This document shows, piece after piece, positions 10,204-20,161 of a stretch of 64,000 nucleotides of DNA. The translations under genes and the position numbers were made by a program. This DNA comes from an uncultured delta proteobacterium (GTDB taxonomy: Bacteria; Desulfobacterota; Binatia; Bin18). How positions within the stretch are numbered: the first letter of the stretch is position 1; every line of letters starts with the position of its first letter. The stretch spans positions 1-64,000 of the forward strand of contig CAVTCR010000056.1 of NCBI GenBank assembly GCA_963733195.1. The letters are read 5' to 3'. The notes below the pieces were generated by a model. That model ran no database searches and was not told the origin of the DNA. It saw nothing but the letters and a program-made list of their open reading frames with translations.

Positions 10204-11667
10204 ATGCGCGTTGCTATTGGGGGCTACATTGCCGCGGTAAATTCTTTTGTGGGCTATCGCATGGATCTAGCTCAATTCCAACGATCCACACTGACTGGAG
10301 ATGCGGTCTTGAAGATGGGCCGTGGTGAAACTGCAATCTCCGGGTTTCTTGATGTCGCGGAACAAAATAACTGGGAAACCGTTCCGTTGCTGTTCAGTGT
10401 TCCGGGTGTCTGGGGGAAAGTGACAACAGAAGCGCATGAATGGTTGAAAGAGCAATTTCTTACGGCGCTGCGGAAGGCCGGGAAGGTTGATGGTGTCTTC
10501 CTGCAAATCCACGGCACTGAGGCGGTGGAGAATGTCGATGATGGCGAAGGAGACTTTCTTGCGGCAATACGCAATCTGATTGGTGATAAAATTCCGCTCA
10601 TTGTCTCGCTTGATGGACATGCCAATGTTTCTCCACTGATGGTGAAGTCGGCCAGCATGTTGATCGGCGTGAAGACCAATCCGCATTACGATTTTGTTCC
10701 TATCGGTCGTCACGCTGGTCGGGTGATGGCGGGAATGTTTGATGGGTCGATCACTCCAACGAGTGCATGGGCGCAACCAGCGATGGTGACAGGATTACAG
10801 AAACTCTACATCGCTCCCGGTTGGCCGATGGAGCACCTCATGCGCCAGGCAGCGAATCTTGCTGCGCGTCATCCGCAAGTACTGGACGTATCCCTACTTG
10901 GTGGATTCTTTACGTCGGACAAACGTGAGACTGGGATCAGCGTCACCGTGACCACTAATAAAGAAGCGAAACTGGCGCAAGACATTGCCGAGCAAATCAA
11001 AGAAGCCTGTTGGGCAAAGCGTCATGCGTTTCATACTGACATGGTGTCGGTCGAAGATGCAGTGCGTGAAGCAATTGCTACTGAAGAAGGACCAGTGTTG
11101 CTTGGTGATATTGCTGACAGTGGTGGTGCTGGAACGCCGGGTGATGGAACAGCCATTCTCGCTGAACTAATTAAACAGAAGGCGCGCGGCGCAGTGATCG
11201 GTAACATCGCTGACTCAGCCGCAGTGCAAGAGGCAGTGAAGGCAGGGATTGGAAAAGACGTCACTCTCACGGTTGGCGGAAAAACGGATAAATTTCACGG
11301 CGAACCTGTGCAGATCAGTGGCAAGGTGCGTGTGATTCATGACGGTGTCTATACGGCATCGACAACGTTTAACGCAGGCACGTATCGACGTGGCACGACA
11401 GTTCTTGTCGACTGTGGTGGATTAGAAGTGATCCTGACTGCGCGGCCAACGTTAGTATTCGAGGCAAATCATTTCCGTAGTCTTGGCATCGAGCCGACAC
11501 AACGAAAAATTCTCGTATGCAAAGCCGAGCTACAACATCGCGCTGGATTCGAGGGACTCGCGAAGAAGATGATTGATGTCGATGCGCCAGGTTTGGCTAC
11601 GCAGGACTTGTCGCGGTTACCGTTTACTAAGATTCGCCGGCCAGTGTTTCCGTTGGATAACATCTAG
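10204..11667 (+). CDS. MlrC-like M81 family metallopeptidase
   Basis: 487 aa; motifs QIHG, SLDGHAN, NPHYD, DIADSGGAGTPGD, C-terminal RRPVFPLD. Confidence 0.85.
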   Translation: MRVAIGGYIAAVNSFVGYRMDLAQFQRSTLTGDAVLKMGRGETAISGFLDVAEQNNWETVPLLFSVPGVWGKVTTEAHEWLKEQFLTALRKAGKVDGVFLQIHGTEAVENVDDGEGDFLAAIRNLIGDKIPLIVSLDGHANVSPLMVKSASMLIGVKTNPHYDFVPIGRHAGRVMAGMFDGSITPTSAWAQPAMVTGLQKLYIAPGWPMEHLMRQAANLAARHPQVLDVSLLGGFFTSDKRETGISVTVTTNKEAKLAQDIAEQIKEACWAKRHAFHTDMVSVEDAVREAIATEEGPVLLGDIADSGGAGTPGDGTAILAELIKQKARGAVIGNIADSAAVQEAVKAGIGKDVTLTVGGKTDKFHGEPVQISGKVRVIHDGVYTASTTFNAGTYRRGTTVLVDCGGLEVILTARPTLVFEANHFRSLGIEPTQRKILVCKAELQHRAGFEGLAKKMIDVDAPGLATQDLSRLPFTKIRRPVFPLDNI

Positions 11668-11760
11668 GGGACAGGGGTCAGGAGTTGGGGGCCGGGGATC
11701 GGCAAAAAATGAAGAGCCCTCATAAAATACTGTCCCCCGACCCCTGGCTCCCGACCCCCA
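11666..11760. repeat. Paired inverted heptamer arrays between convergent genes
   Basis: AGGGGAC AGGGGTC AGGAGTT GGGGGCC GGGGATC, spacer, then TGTCCCC CGACCCC TGGCTCC CGACCCC. Confidence 0.8.
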
Positions 11761-11761
11761 A

Positions 11762-12626
11762 TTAAGCCGCAGCCTTCAGCCCAAAATCATAGTTCACCGT
11801 AAAATACGGTCGGTCCAACTTCGTCCCATCAGGAGCAGTTCCTGGCGTGATGTCGCTGAAAGTCAACAATCAGTGAGTCCTTGACGCCAAACACCGCGTC
11901 AGAGTCGAGATACCGGTCTCCTTCGACGAAAATATGCGTCGTTACTGGTTCGTATCCTGAAGCAGACACAATCGTGTGGATATGAGCAGGCCGGTAGGCA
12001 TGGCGATTCATCTTGCGGAGCATACCTCCAACCGGGCCGTCGGTGGGGACTGGATACTCGGTCGGCCTTGTTGTCCAGAACCAGAATTTCCCTTGATCGT
12101 CAGTGTGGAATTTGCCGCGCAGCCGCATGCCTTTCAGCTCAGGACGCTGTACGTCATAGAACCCTTCGGCATCAGCATGCCAGATGTCGAGTTGCGCGCC
12201 TGCAATCGGTTTGCCGTCAACCGTTAACACTCGGCCAGAGAAAAGGGTCGGGTCTCCGGGAAGACCTTGTCCAATGTTCGTCCCATTGGGCAGCTCGTGC
12301 GCTCCTGAGACATAAAATGGTCCGAGTACAGTTGATTCTGTTGCTCCCTCAGGTTTGCGATGGTTCAGGGCATCGACCAGCATGGAAACTCCGAGTGTAT
12401 CTGAGAGGAGAATGAACTCCTGGCGTTTATCGTCGCATTTCTTTCCTGTCGCAGTAAGGAATTGGATTCCCGCCATCCATTCTTCTTCCGTCAGCTCGAC
12501 TTCTCGCACGAACGCATGGAGATGACGAATCAAGCTGGTCATGAGCTGTTTGAACCGTGGATCGTTTGTATTGGAAAGCCTTGCCAACACCGCCTCAGTC
12601 AGATTTTTTTCAGTTATCCCATGCAT
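11762..12626 (-). CDS. Intradiol ring-cleavage dioxygenase (hydroxyquinol/catechol 1,2-dioxygenase type)
   Basis: RQEFILLSDTLGVSMLVD, TESTVLGPFY, GFYDVQ, YPVPTDGPVG, RPAHIH; Fe ligands Tyr/Tyr/His/His present; indel near the C-terminus. Confidence 0.9.
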
Positions 12627-12771
12627 AGGTACTCCTTTCCTTCTTGTGAGTCGCAGCACCCTGTCTGACCCTTACTAGCAAAATGATGACAGAGAAGGAA
12701 GAAACGTCAGGTTATGAAAGAGAGCCATGTCGTCTGGATTCTCGTCGCCCTCACTGATAGGGAAAGCGGCG

Positions 12772-13743
12772 ATGGAAAAAGAACCTTTACGTGCAGTTGA
12801 CCAGCCTCTCGATTTCTTCGCCACGGCACTAACCATTCTCCTGTGTGCGATTTGGGGCGGTGCGTTTGTTGGTATCAAGATTAGCACCTTAGATATGCCT
12901 CCTTTGGGTTCTGGTGCGATCCGCTTTGCTCTGACCGGTGTTGTGCTCTTACTCTGGGCATTCTATCAGCGGGTGCCACTTCGCTATGGGCCAGCCGAAG
13001 TTCGTACACTGGCGGTGATGACGGTGATGTTCTTCTATATCAATGTTACTGCATACGTAGGTACTTCGTGGACGACAGCAGGAAGAGCGACCGTATTTTT
13101 TTATACGCAACCACTATTCCTTGCGCTTCTTGCCCCCTATTTTCTCCCTGGCGATCAGCTCACGAGTCGAAAGCTCTGTGGACTAGGACTAGCGTTGTGG
13201 GGAATTGTCGCGCTGTTCTTTACCAAGCTAAGCGGACAAGAAACATCAACGCTTGCCGGTGACATCTTCGTTCTCAGTGGAGCCCTTGTCAGCGCATTTT
13301 CCGGCATTGCCACCAAACGGACCGCTGGACGCATTCATCCCGTCGCCTTAATCTGTTGGCAATGTTGGCTTTCGTGGCCACTCCTCGCGCTCATGTCCTG
13401 GTGGCTGGAGGCAGGACGTCCCTTCGTATTTACTGGCCGAGCAGTTGCGGCGATTTTGTACTTAGGATTGATTTCAGCTGCCTTTGGCTTTGTTGCCTTT
13501 GCATGGTTGATCCAACGCAACTCTGCCACACGTGTGACGGCGCTGACGTTCCTCGCCCCGGTGTTTGGGGTGGCCTATAGTTGGTTCTTCTTTCGTGAAG
13601 CGTTCACGTCGCTGCAATTACTCGGTGTGCTTGGCGTATGTGTTGGGGTGTATGTCGTGAACAGTGGAAGTAGGTGGCGACAAGCAGACCACTCCTCAGC
13701 AGCATTACGGACACAATCCAAAGCCTCCTCAGTATCAAGTTAA
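12772..13743 (+). CDS. DMT/EamA family transporter
   Basis: About 10 TM helices; LCAIWGGAFVGIK, YTQPLFLALLA, FLAPVFGV. Confidence 0.9.
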   Translation: MEKEPLRAVDQPLDFFATALTILLCAIWGGAFVGIKISTLDMPPLGSGAIRFALTGVVLLLWAFYQRVPLRYGPAEVRTLAVMTVMFFYINVTAYVGTSWTTAGRATVFFYTQPLFLALLAPYFLPGDQLTSRKLCGLGLALWGIVALFFTKLSGQETSTLAGDIFVLSGALVSAFSGIATKRTAGRIHPVALICWQCWLSWPLLALMSWWLEAGRPFVFTGRAVAAILYLGLISAAFGFVAFAWLIQRNSATRVTALTFLAPVFGVAYSWFFFREAFTSLQLLGVLGVCVGVYVVNSGSRWRQADHSSAALRTQSKASSVSS

Positions 13744-13836
13744 GCGGTGCAGGAGGCGTCCCGTGCGAACAACACATGGCATCCTTTGCGCGCCGTTGGA
13801 CCTGGCAACACACGACAGAGGTGGTAAAGTGTAACT

Positions 13837-14061
13837 ATGAGTACGATGATTTCTGAAGTCTATGATGCACTGAAAGAGGCTGGTGCAAGTGAAGAGAAGG
13901 CCCGCAAGGCAGCCGAAGCTATCGCTAGTGCGGAGAATCGCTTCAGTCGTATTGAGGGTGAGCTGATCGCCATTCGCGGGGAACAAAACCTTTTAAAATG
14001 GATGATCGGCTTCAATCTCGCCATGACCGTCGCTGTTCTGTGGAAGATCTTTTCTACCTAG
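13837..14061 (+). CDS. Small C-terminally membrane-anchored coiled-coil protein (DUF1640/CCDC90-like)
   Basis: YDALKEAGASEEKARKAAEAI head, short coiled coil, LLKWMIG followed by a TM helix. Confidence 0.7.
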   Translation: MSTMISEVYDALKEAGASEEKARKAAEAIASAENRFSRIEGELIAIRGEQNLLKWMIGFNLAMTVAVLWKIFST

Positions 14062-14090
14062 CACTGTAGTGGTGTAGGTGAGGGGAACTT

Positions 14091-15389
14091 TTATACTTCA
14101 ATTTCTACCCATCGGACCAAGTCGGCAATTCGTGGGCGCCCACCGTGACGCCAACTGAGTGGTGGCGTTTGCATAGTGCCAACCGGGCAAATACGGCTGA
14201 CTCCTGCATGCCCTAAGACTTCTGCTATCTCCGTGATTCGTGTTGCGTGAGCAGCAAGACCAACAGCTTCAAGATAGGGTCGCCAAGAAAACAACAGTTC
14301 GTGAAGTTGAGTCAGAGACACAATCGGTTTTACGTGAATCGTACGAGCGAGGGGAGAGGGAACGAAAGTTGGGTCAGCATCATATATGACGGTCCATGCC
14401 GTTCCGTTTGGACTTGCAAAGAGTGCGACATCTTTTCCTGCCAAGGCTTGCCACTCTGCTTCATCTCGTGCGCGACGGATTGCTAGACTTGTTTCTGGCA
14501 AGATATTCCCGCGAGGCAAGGTGCGTTCCCACTCTGCGAACGCATTGGCAAGGAGTGCGGCCCACGCTTTCGGAGAAACCGGCCCATCCTCTTCGACATA
14601 GATCAGTTGCGGAGATAAGCAGCCTTGCTGATCATACAACACCACGTCGTAGGCCGCTTGGCGTGCGAGTTCTTGCGCATTGTGTAGTGTTTCTTTGGTA
14701 ATGACACTAAAGCTCATCTTGTGGCCATAACCGATAAACTTTCCCCGCACGCGCGGACGAATTGCTGCCAGGCTTTGGTCTGAGCCTGACGCGACGACTA
14801 CCTCCGCTTGAGAAAAGGCAATCTCTTCCAAGGCCGTACTGCCGCCTGCCCAGGTCACTACGGCAAGGCACGCGCCGAGTTCAGGATCAACCTGAGCAAG
14901 TGTATGAGCAAAGAGAGTTGGCAGTATCGATGCGCCTGACGCTGCTTTTACTAGCGTCGCTGATTTCACTAGGAGTGAAAAGATGATGCTATCGAGCCCT
15001 GCGCCGGGGAGGTTGCCAGCGAGGACATGGGTGATCAATTGTGGACCGTAAGCTCTGCGTTTGCCAGTGCCGACTGGCACGAAGGTATCAAGGGCGTTGA
15101 GATTGCCGAGTTCGTCTTGCAGGAGTTGCTGTAACCGGTCAGCCCGATATTCTTGAAAAATCAACGGCAGTGTGTGACGAATCATTTCTAGAGAAAGACC
15201 TGTTTCCGTAGGAAGTGTTGCCTCAAGTTTACTCCGTTCCTCGGAGTGTGGATCAAGAAAACGAGCGACAACAGCATCGATACTTGCGAGGATTTCTCGG
15301 AGTGGACGATGAACAAGATGTCGCTCTCGGGCGGAGAGAAGGCGGTCGATGAGGAATTGAAGTTCGGACGGTGACAGAGTTAGCACCAA
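14091..15389 (-). CDS. LuxC-family acyl-CoA/acyl-protein reductase
   Basis: THVLAGNLPG, VVASGSDQS, GYGHKMSF, catalytic YDQQGCLSPQ, WRHGGRP; start codon uncertain. Confidence 0.85.
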   Translation of the reverse strand: MVLTLSPSELQFLIDRLLSARERHLVHRPLREILASIDAVVARFLDPHSEERSKLEATLPTETGLSLEMIRHTLPLIFQEYRADRLQQLLQDELGNLNALDTFVPVGTGKRRAYGPQLITHVLAGNLPGAGLDSIIFSLLVKSATLVKAASGASILPTLFAHTLAQVDPELGACLAVVTWAGGSTALEEIAFSQAEVVVASGSDQSLAAIRPRVRGKFIGYGHKMSFSVITKETLHNAQELARQAAYDVVLYDQQGCLSPQLIYVEEDGPVSPKAWAALLANAFAEWERTLPRGNILPETSLAIRRARDEAEWQALAGKDVALFASPNGTAWTVIYDADPTFVPSPLARTIHVKPIVSLTQLHELLFSWRPYLEAVGLAAHATRITEIAEVLGHAGVSRICPVGTMQTPPLSWRHGGRPRIADLVRWVEIEV

Positions 15390-15397
15390 CGGAAGGA

Positions 15398-15506
15398 TAA
15401 AACGTAAAGCGTGAAACGTAAAGTATGAAGCGTAAAACGTGAAACGTAAAGCGGAAGAGAATACTGGAAAACCGAGTTTTTACGTTTTACATATTTACGC
15501 TTTACG
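15398..15506. repeat. Heptamer array (TRAARCG x8) with an inverted partner array
   Basis: TAAAACG TAAAGCG TGAAACG TAAAGTA TGAAGCG TAAAACG TGAAACG TAAAGCG at 15398-15453, then GTTTTTAC GTTTTAC..GCTTTAC. Confidence 0.85.
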
Positions 15507-16595
15507 TTCCCCCTGCCCCGACAACAACTCCTCTAGCATCAACGCACAGCCGCGAGCTTCTGCTCCTGGCACGCGACCTGTGATCTCGAAACCTGCACCG
15601 ACGGTGTAACCCAAATCGTCGGTCTGAATCGCCATCACTGAACCACAATTGGCAAGATCGAAGTGACGGAGAATACCAACTTGTCCTGGTGGAACTTCTT
15701 GGAGCGTTTCTGGATCAACTACAAACGTGCGTACCCATGGCGGACCAATCTTGTAACGCGGTTCGTTACTCTGGCGGAAGCGGTTGTACAAGACGTTGTC
15801 ATAAAACTGTGACGCCATTTCCGTCATGCCGTACTCGTTGACGCAGTAGTACCCAGCGACTTTTAAATACTTCCAGCAAGATTGCAGGATGCCATTACGC
15901 GAAACCTGACGCTGCATGCCTTTGCTGCCGCCAGTGTCCATAATGCGACTCCCACCTGGTAGAGCGAACTGACGACCATGCGCTTCGCACCAGTCAAAGA
16001 AAGCAACCAGTGCTGAAGTAATAGCCAGGATACAGAGCGGTATCCCTTCGCGTTGCGCCTGCGTGACGGCATCAACGAATGCTTCGAGATGTATCCCGGT
16101 TGAGTCGATGAAAGAGGCACTTCCTTCACTGCTGAGGTCTTTGACTATCCATTCGGCCATTTGCGTGAGCGATGACTGGGGACGTGCTTCTAGTGAGGGA
16201 ATGAGGGCAAGCGTCCGCAATCGTCGGTTGTCGGGCAAAACACAGGCAGTGAAATGAGCCAACGCAGATGCATGATACAGTGTGAGGTCCGGTACAAGAT
16301 GTCGTCCACGCTTCTCCTGGCCGCGCGTCGTGCCACTGGTAAGAAAAATCTTTTCCGCTGGTCCACAGGTTAAATCCAATTCCTTAAACGCAACCGTCGG
16401 GACTGCGGGAATATCCTGCCAACGTGTGACTGTATCTGGTGTTTGCCCACGTGTGAGACAGAATCGCTGATAAGGACGGTTGAGTTGAAACTGTTGCAAA
16501 AAGACCGCAAGCGCCAGGGTATTAAAATCCTTGCCATGCGGATCGTGGATAAAGTCGAGCACCTGGGCATTTACTGAAGACCGCTGCATGTTCAT
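15495..16595 (-). CDS. LuxE-family acyl-protein synthetase
   Basis: IPAVPTVAFK, FLTSGTT, MDTGGSKG, NEYGMTEMASQFY, DLANCGSVMAIQTDDLG, C-terminal EARGCA acyl-acceptor Cys. Confidence 0.85.
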   Translation of the reverse strand: MNMQRSSVNAQVLDFIHDPHGKDFNTLALAVFLQQFQLNRPYQRFCLTRGQTPDTVTRWQDIPAVPTVAFKELDLTCGPAEKIFLTSGTTRGQEKRGRHLVPDLTLYHASALAHFTACVLPDNRRLRTLALIPSLEARPQSSLTQMAEWIVKDLSSEGSASFIDSTGIHLEAFVDAVTQAQREGIPLCILAITSALVAFFDWCEAHGRQFALPGGSRIMDTGGSKGMQRQVSRNGILQSCWKYLKVAGYYCVNEYGMTEMASQFYDNVLYNRFRQSNEPRYKIGPPWVRTFVVDPETLQEVPPGQVGILRHFDLANCGSVMAIQTDDLGYTVGAGFEITGRVPGAEARGCALMLEELLSGQGERKA

Positions 16596-16810
16596 CGGAG
16601 TGGCCCTGTCATTCTGAGCAGAGCGAAGAATCTCTCTTTTACGTGTTACGTATTACGTGTTGCGTGTTGCTGAGGAACAGTTCTGTAGATCACTGTGATC
16701 TGTTCAGAATGCCATGAAAGCTGAGATTCGTAACCCACCCTGGGGTTGGTCCGTACCGACAAATGGGTTAGAGTTCCCACGCTGAATACTTCCTCATGCT
16801 AGGAGGATAT

Positions 16811-17167
16811 ATGGCCGATCTCCAAGCGATGTATGATAAAGCCTACGACTTGTTGTGCGACGGCAATACCGATGAAGCCATTGCCGCCTATATCGCGATC
16901 TTGGGTATTGACCCCAATCATCTTGAAGCAGTGCATGATTTGGCCCATGCATATGCCGATGCTGAACGGCTTGATGACGCCATCTCGACCGCACGGCGAT
17001 TAACCGAATTGACGCCAGAAGACCCAATGGGATTTACGCTGCTGTCGCGTTTCTATCAACAAAAAGGCATGGTCCCAGAAGCGGAAGCAGAAGCAGCAAA
17101 AGCGCGTATGCTCGATTGGAAACGCCAATTATTAGAAAAGAAAACGGCAAAGTCGCCCAGCAGTTAG
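16811..17167 (+). CDS. Small TPR protein
   Basis: AGGAGG RBS; TPR-like helices (AIAAYIAILGIDPNHLEAVHDLAHAY..., ARRLTELTPEDPMGFTLLSRFY). Confidence 0.8.
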   Translation: MADLQAMYDKAYDLLCDGNTDEAIAAYIAILGIDPNHLEAVHDLAHAYADAERLDDAISTARRLTELTPEDPMGFTLLSRFYQQKGMVPEAEAEAAKARMLDWKRQLLEKKTAKSPSS

Positions 17168-17183
17168 TGAAAGGACGCTACGC

Positions 17184-17996
17184 ATGCCTCAAGTCAAATC
17201 TAACGGCATCAATATCCATTATGAAGAGCAAGGGAGTGGTGACCCGTTGCTGTTAATTATGGGATTTACCGTGAGTTCGATTGGCTGGCATTGGAACATT
17301 CCGGCATTTGCTCAGGACTTCCGCACCATCGCCTTTGACAACCGTGGGGTCGGACGTAGTGATAAACCTGACGTACCCTATTCTATGGCACTGTTTGCTG
17401 AGGATACGGTCGGCGTGCTCGACGCTCTCGGGATTGAACGAGCCCATGTCTTCGGCATTTCTATGGGAGGAATGATCGCCCAAGAGTTCACTTTGCGCTA
17501 TCCGCAACGAGTGAAGACGCTCACTCTTGGCTGTACGAGTTGCGGAGGGCAAAATACCGTGCTGTCGAAAGATGCTGACGTGGTGAATATGCTCGGGAAT
17601 ATTGCCTCGGTCGATGTGCAGCAGGCGGCGTTGATCATGACGAAAGTCGCAGTAACTCCGTGGTTCTTGCAAAAGCGTATGAACGTTCTGCTCGAATTAA
17701 ACCAATTGTCGGCACAGCATCCAACCCCAAAACACGCGATGGTGCGACAGATGGAAGCGATCTCGGGGCATGATACCTACGAACGCCTTCCGCAAATCAC
17801 TGCCCCGACACTGGTAATTACCGGCAAACAAGACGGGCTTGTGCCACCAGAAAATTCAGTCACCCTGTCGCAACGGATTCCCAATGCCGATTTAGCGATC
17901 CTGGCCAATGCGAGTCATTTGTTTAATATCGAGCTGCCAGAGGCGACAGTTGACACGGTGAAAGGATTTATTCAACGACAGCGGGAGTGGGAATGA
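17184..17996 (+). CDS. Alpha/beta hydrolase
   Basis: GISMGG nucleophile elbow, DNRGVGRSD, ASHLF. Confidence 0.9.
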   Translation: MPQVKSNGINIHYEEQGSGDPLLLIMGFTVSSIGWHWNIPAFAQDFRTIAFDNRGVGRSDKPDVPYSMALFAEDTVGVLDALGIERAHVFGISMGGMIAQEFTLRYPQRVKTLTLGCTSCGGQNTVLSKDADVVNMLGNIASVDVQQAALIMTKVAVTPWFLQKRMNVLLELNQLSAQHPTPKHAMVRQMEAISGHDTYERLPQITAPTLVITGKQDGLVPPENSVTLSQRIPNADLAILANASHLFNIELPEATVDTVKGFIQRQREWE

Positions 17997-18093
17997 GATA
18001 GTGAGGGTAAGGCAATGTAGGCTAAAGAGGAGGAAGGATTCCTTTCTGTGCTCCTATTTTCTATCATCACTCATTACTCGTTGCCGTTACTGA

Positions 18094-18426
18094 CTATTGG
18101 CCAGCTTTTGCTTGATCTTCGAGCTTTTTCTTTTCACTTTGGCAGATATTAAGGGCGTCTTGGCAGGCTTGTTCCCGACCGATCAGACCCTTGAGACGCT
18201 GATTTTCATCCATAACTTTCCGTTGATTATCTTGGAACTCAGTATTTACCTTCTTCAACTCTCCCACTTCGCTCGGGATAATACTGGTCAAGTAATTGGA
18301 CGTTAACCCAAGTCGTTCGAGAGCTAGACCTGAGAAAAGCAACGAAAGCCACAACACTGCTACCCCAACGTAATGCCATATCGCCTTACTAAATTCCTCT
18401 CCCTCTGTGACCTTGTTTTCCGCCAT
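18094..18426 (-). CDS. Hypothetical protein, one TM helix plus coiled coil
   Basis: 110-aa ORF with GGAGG RBS, hydrophobic segment and heptad-rich C-terminus. Confidence 0.6.
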   Translation of the reverse strand: MAENKVTEGEEFSKAIWHYVGVAVLWLSLLFSGLALERLGLTSNYLTSIIPSEVGELKKVNTEFQDNQRKVMDENQRLKGLIGREQACQDALNICQSEKKKLEDQAKAGQ

Positions 18427-18507
18427 GCCGCCGTATACCTCCGAAAAAATTTGCGAAACCCTAACAGAATTGCCTGAATAAAAAAAGTTGGGTGTCCTGC
18501 TTGTAAT

Positions 18508-19056
18508 TTACAAGGCACTGCCTTGCCGTAATAGATCGGTGAGGGCATCTCGCGTGCTGGGAAACGCAAGGTCGTCCCACGGGATTTCTTGGGGAGTAAA
18601 CATGCGCACCTCAAGGGTTTCGTCCATTGCTTGCAGTTCACCATCGATAACCTTGGCAAGGTACACGACCACTACAACTGGATAGCCAGCATAGGAATAC
18701 ACATTGAGAAGCTTTGTGATTTCGACTTTTAGATTGACTTCTTCCCACGTCTCCCGGATAGCAGCAGCTTCTACGCGTTCGCCTCGATCTAAGAACCCGC
18801 CTGGGAACACCCACTTGCCATAGCTCGGTTCAATACCGCGTTTGAGTAAAACAATCTTGCCATCGATAATGGGAACTGTACATGCGGCGACTTTGGGGTC
18901 ATCGTAGAAGATAAAGGTGCAGGTGGTACAGACGAGCCGTTCAGGTTCATGCGTCTTGAGTTGTTGGCGGCCCAGTGAGCCTCCACATTTGGGGCAAAAG
19001 CGGAAAATTGGGGTAGGGTGATGCTGTTCGGTTTGAGATGGATGCTCGTGAGCCAT
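18508..19056 (-). CDS. Nudix hydrolase with N-terminal zinc ribbon
   Basis: FCPKCG..CTTC zinc ribbon; Nudix box GGFLDRGERVEAAAIRETWEE. Confidence 0.9.
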   Translation of the reverse strand: MAHEHPSQTEQHHPTPIFRFCPKCGGSLGRQQLKTHEPERLVCTTCTFIFYDDPKVAACTVPIIDGKIVLLKRGIEPSYGKWVFPGGFLDRGERVEAAAIRETWEEVNLKVEITKLLNVYSYAGYPVVVVVYLAKVIDGELQAMDETLEVRMFTPQEIPWDDLAFPSTRDALTDLLRQGSAL

Positions 19057-19180
19057 ATTGGAGGTCTCCTCCTCATCACAGGTGGTTTCTTCCTATCATG
19101 CACGAGGCATTTGGCCTAGAGATCGTTGGGGATGGCCAGACGCTAGACAATCGAGACTGAGCAGTTTACACGAGATCCTC

Positions 19181-20035
19181 ATGGAACTACGAAGCCAATT
19201 CATTGCGATTGATAATGTGAAGTTGCACCTTGCTGATTGGGGTGGTCGAGGGCCCACGCTGCTCTTGATACACGCCAACGGATTTTTGGGGCGTATCTAT
19301 CGCGCGCTGATTCATCCTCTTCTTGCGCATTATCATGTTGTGACAACGGACTTACGTGGCCAAGGCGACAGTGAAAAATCTGCGCTTGGTGCTGACTATT
19401 GGCAAAAGATGGCACAGGACGTTGAAGGTGTCGTCGATCATCTTGGGTTACAAGATTTCTACGGAGTTGGCCATTCTGGAGGTGGTGCCTTGCTTGCGTT
19501 GTATACCGCGACGCATCCTGGCAAAGTAAAAGGCTTGGCGCTGCTGGAGCCTGTGAGTGTTCCGCATGAACCGCAATTTTTAGCTCGTTTATCGGCGGAT
19601 AATCATCCTCTAGTCGAACGCACCCTGCGTCGGCGAGTGATATGGGACAGTCGCCAACAACTCTTTACTGCCTATCAAGGGAAAGACGCGTTTGCGGCGT
19701 GGCGTGACGAGGTACTGTGGGATTACGTCAACCACGGAACCTACGACCTGCCGGATGGACGTGTGGCCTTAAAGTGCTCGGCTGAGGTCGAGGCGCATGT
19801 GTTCGCGACGACCATGTCGCTTGATATCTTCTCGCAACTCGACAGGATTACTTGTCCAACTCTGGTCCTGCGTGGCGAGCGGACTGACCCACCAATAGCG
19901 CTCATTGCTGAGCGTGTCGCACAACGTATTCCTCATGGCTCACTCGTAACAGTTCCAGAGACAAGCCACTTCCTGGCGATGGAAAAGCCCGAAGAGATTG
20001 CTCGAACTATCGATGACTACTTTCAATCTCATTAA
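19181..20035 (+). CDS. Alpha/beta hydrolase
   Basis: IHANGF, DLRGQGDS, GHSGGG, TSHFL. Confidence 0.9.
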   Translation: MELRSQFIAIDNVKLHLADWGGRGPTLLLIHANGFLGRIYRALIHPLLAHYHVVTTDLRGQGDSEKSALGADYWQKMAQDVEGVVDHLGLQDFYGVGHSGGGALLALYTATHPGKVKGLALLEPVSVPHEPQFLARLSADNHPLVERTLRRRVIWDSRQQLFTAYQGKDAFAAWRDEVLWDYVNHGTYDLPDGRVALKCSAEVEAHVFATTMSLDIFSQLDRITCPTLVLRGERTDPPIALIAERVAQRIPHGSLVTVPETSHFLAMEKPEEIARTIDDYFQSH

Positions 20036-20161
20036 GCAAGGAGGTATCGCAATGCAGCCTGCGAGTATCAGTGAAGGCATATGGTTCACCTGCAGGGTTT
20101 GCTTTCTTCCCCTCGCCGCATTAAGAAGAATGAAGACTATACGGTAACGAAAGGAGGATTT

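Noticed and set aside
10204-11667. Microcystin degradation cluster
   Set aside because: No mlrA, mlrB or mlrD nearby; M81 peptidases are widespread.
15398-15506. CRISPR array
   Set aside because: Units are 7-nt tandem repeats with no 25-45 nt repeat/spacer structure, and no cas genes are present in the window.
14091-16595. Bioluminescence operon
   Set aside because: No luxAB or luxD adjacent; the LLM genes 37 kb away are generic family members.
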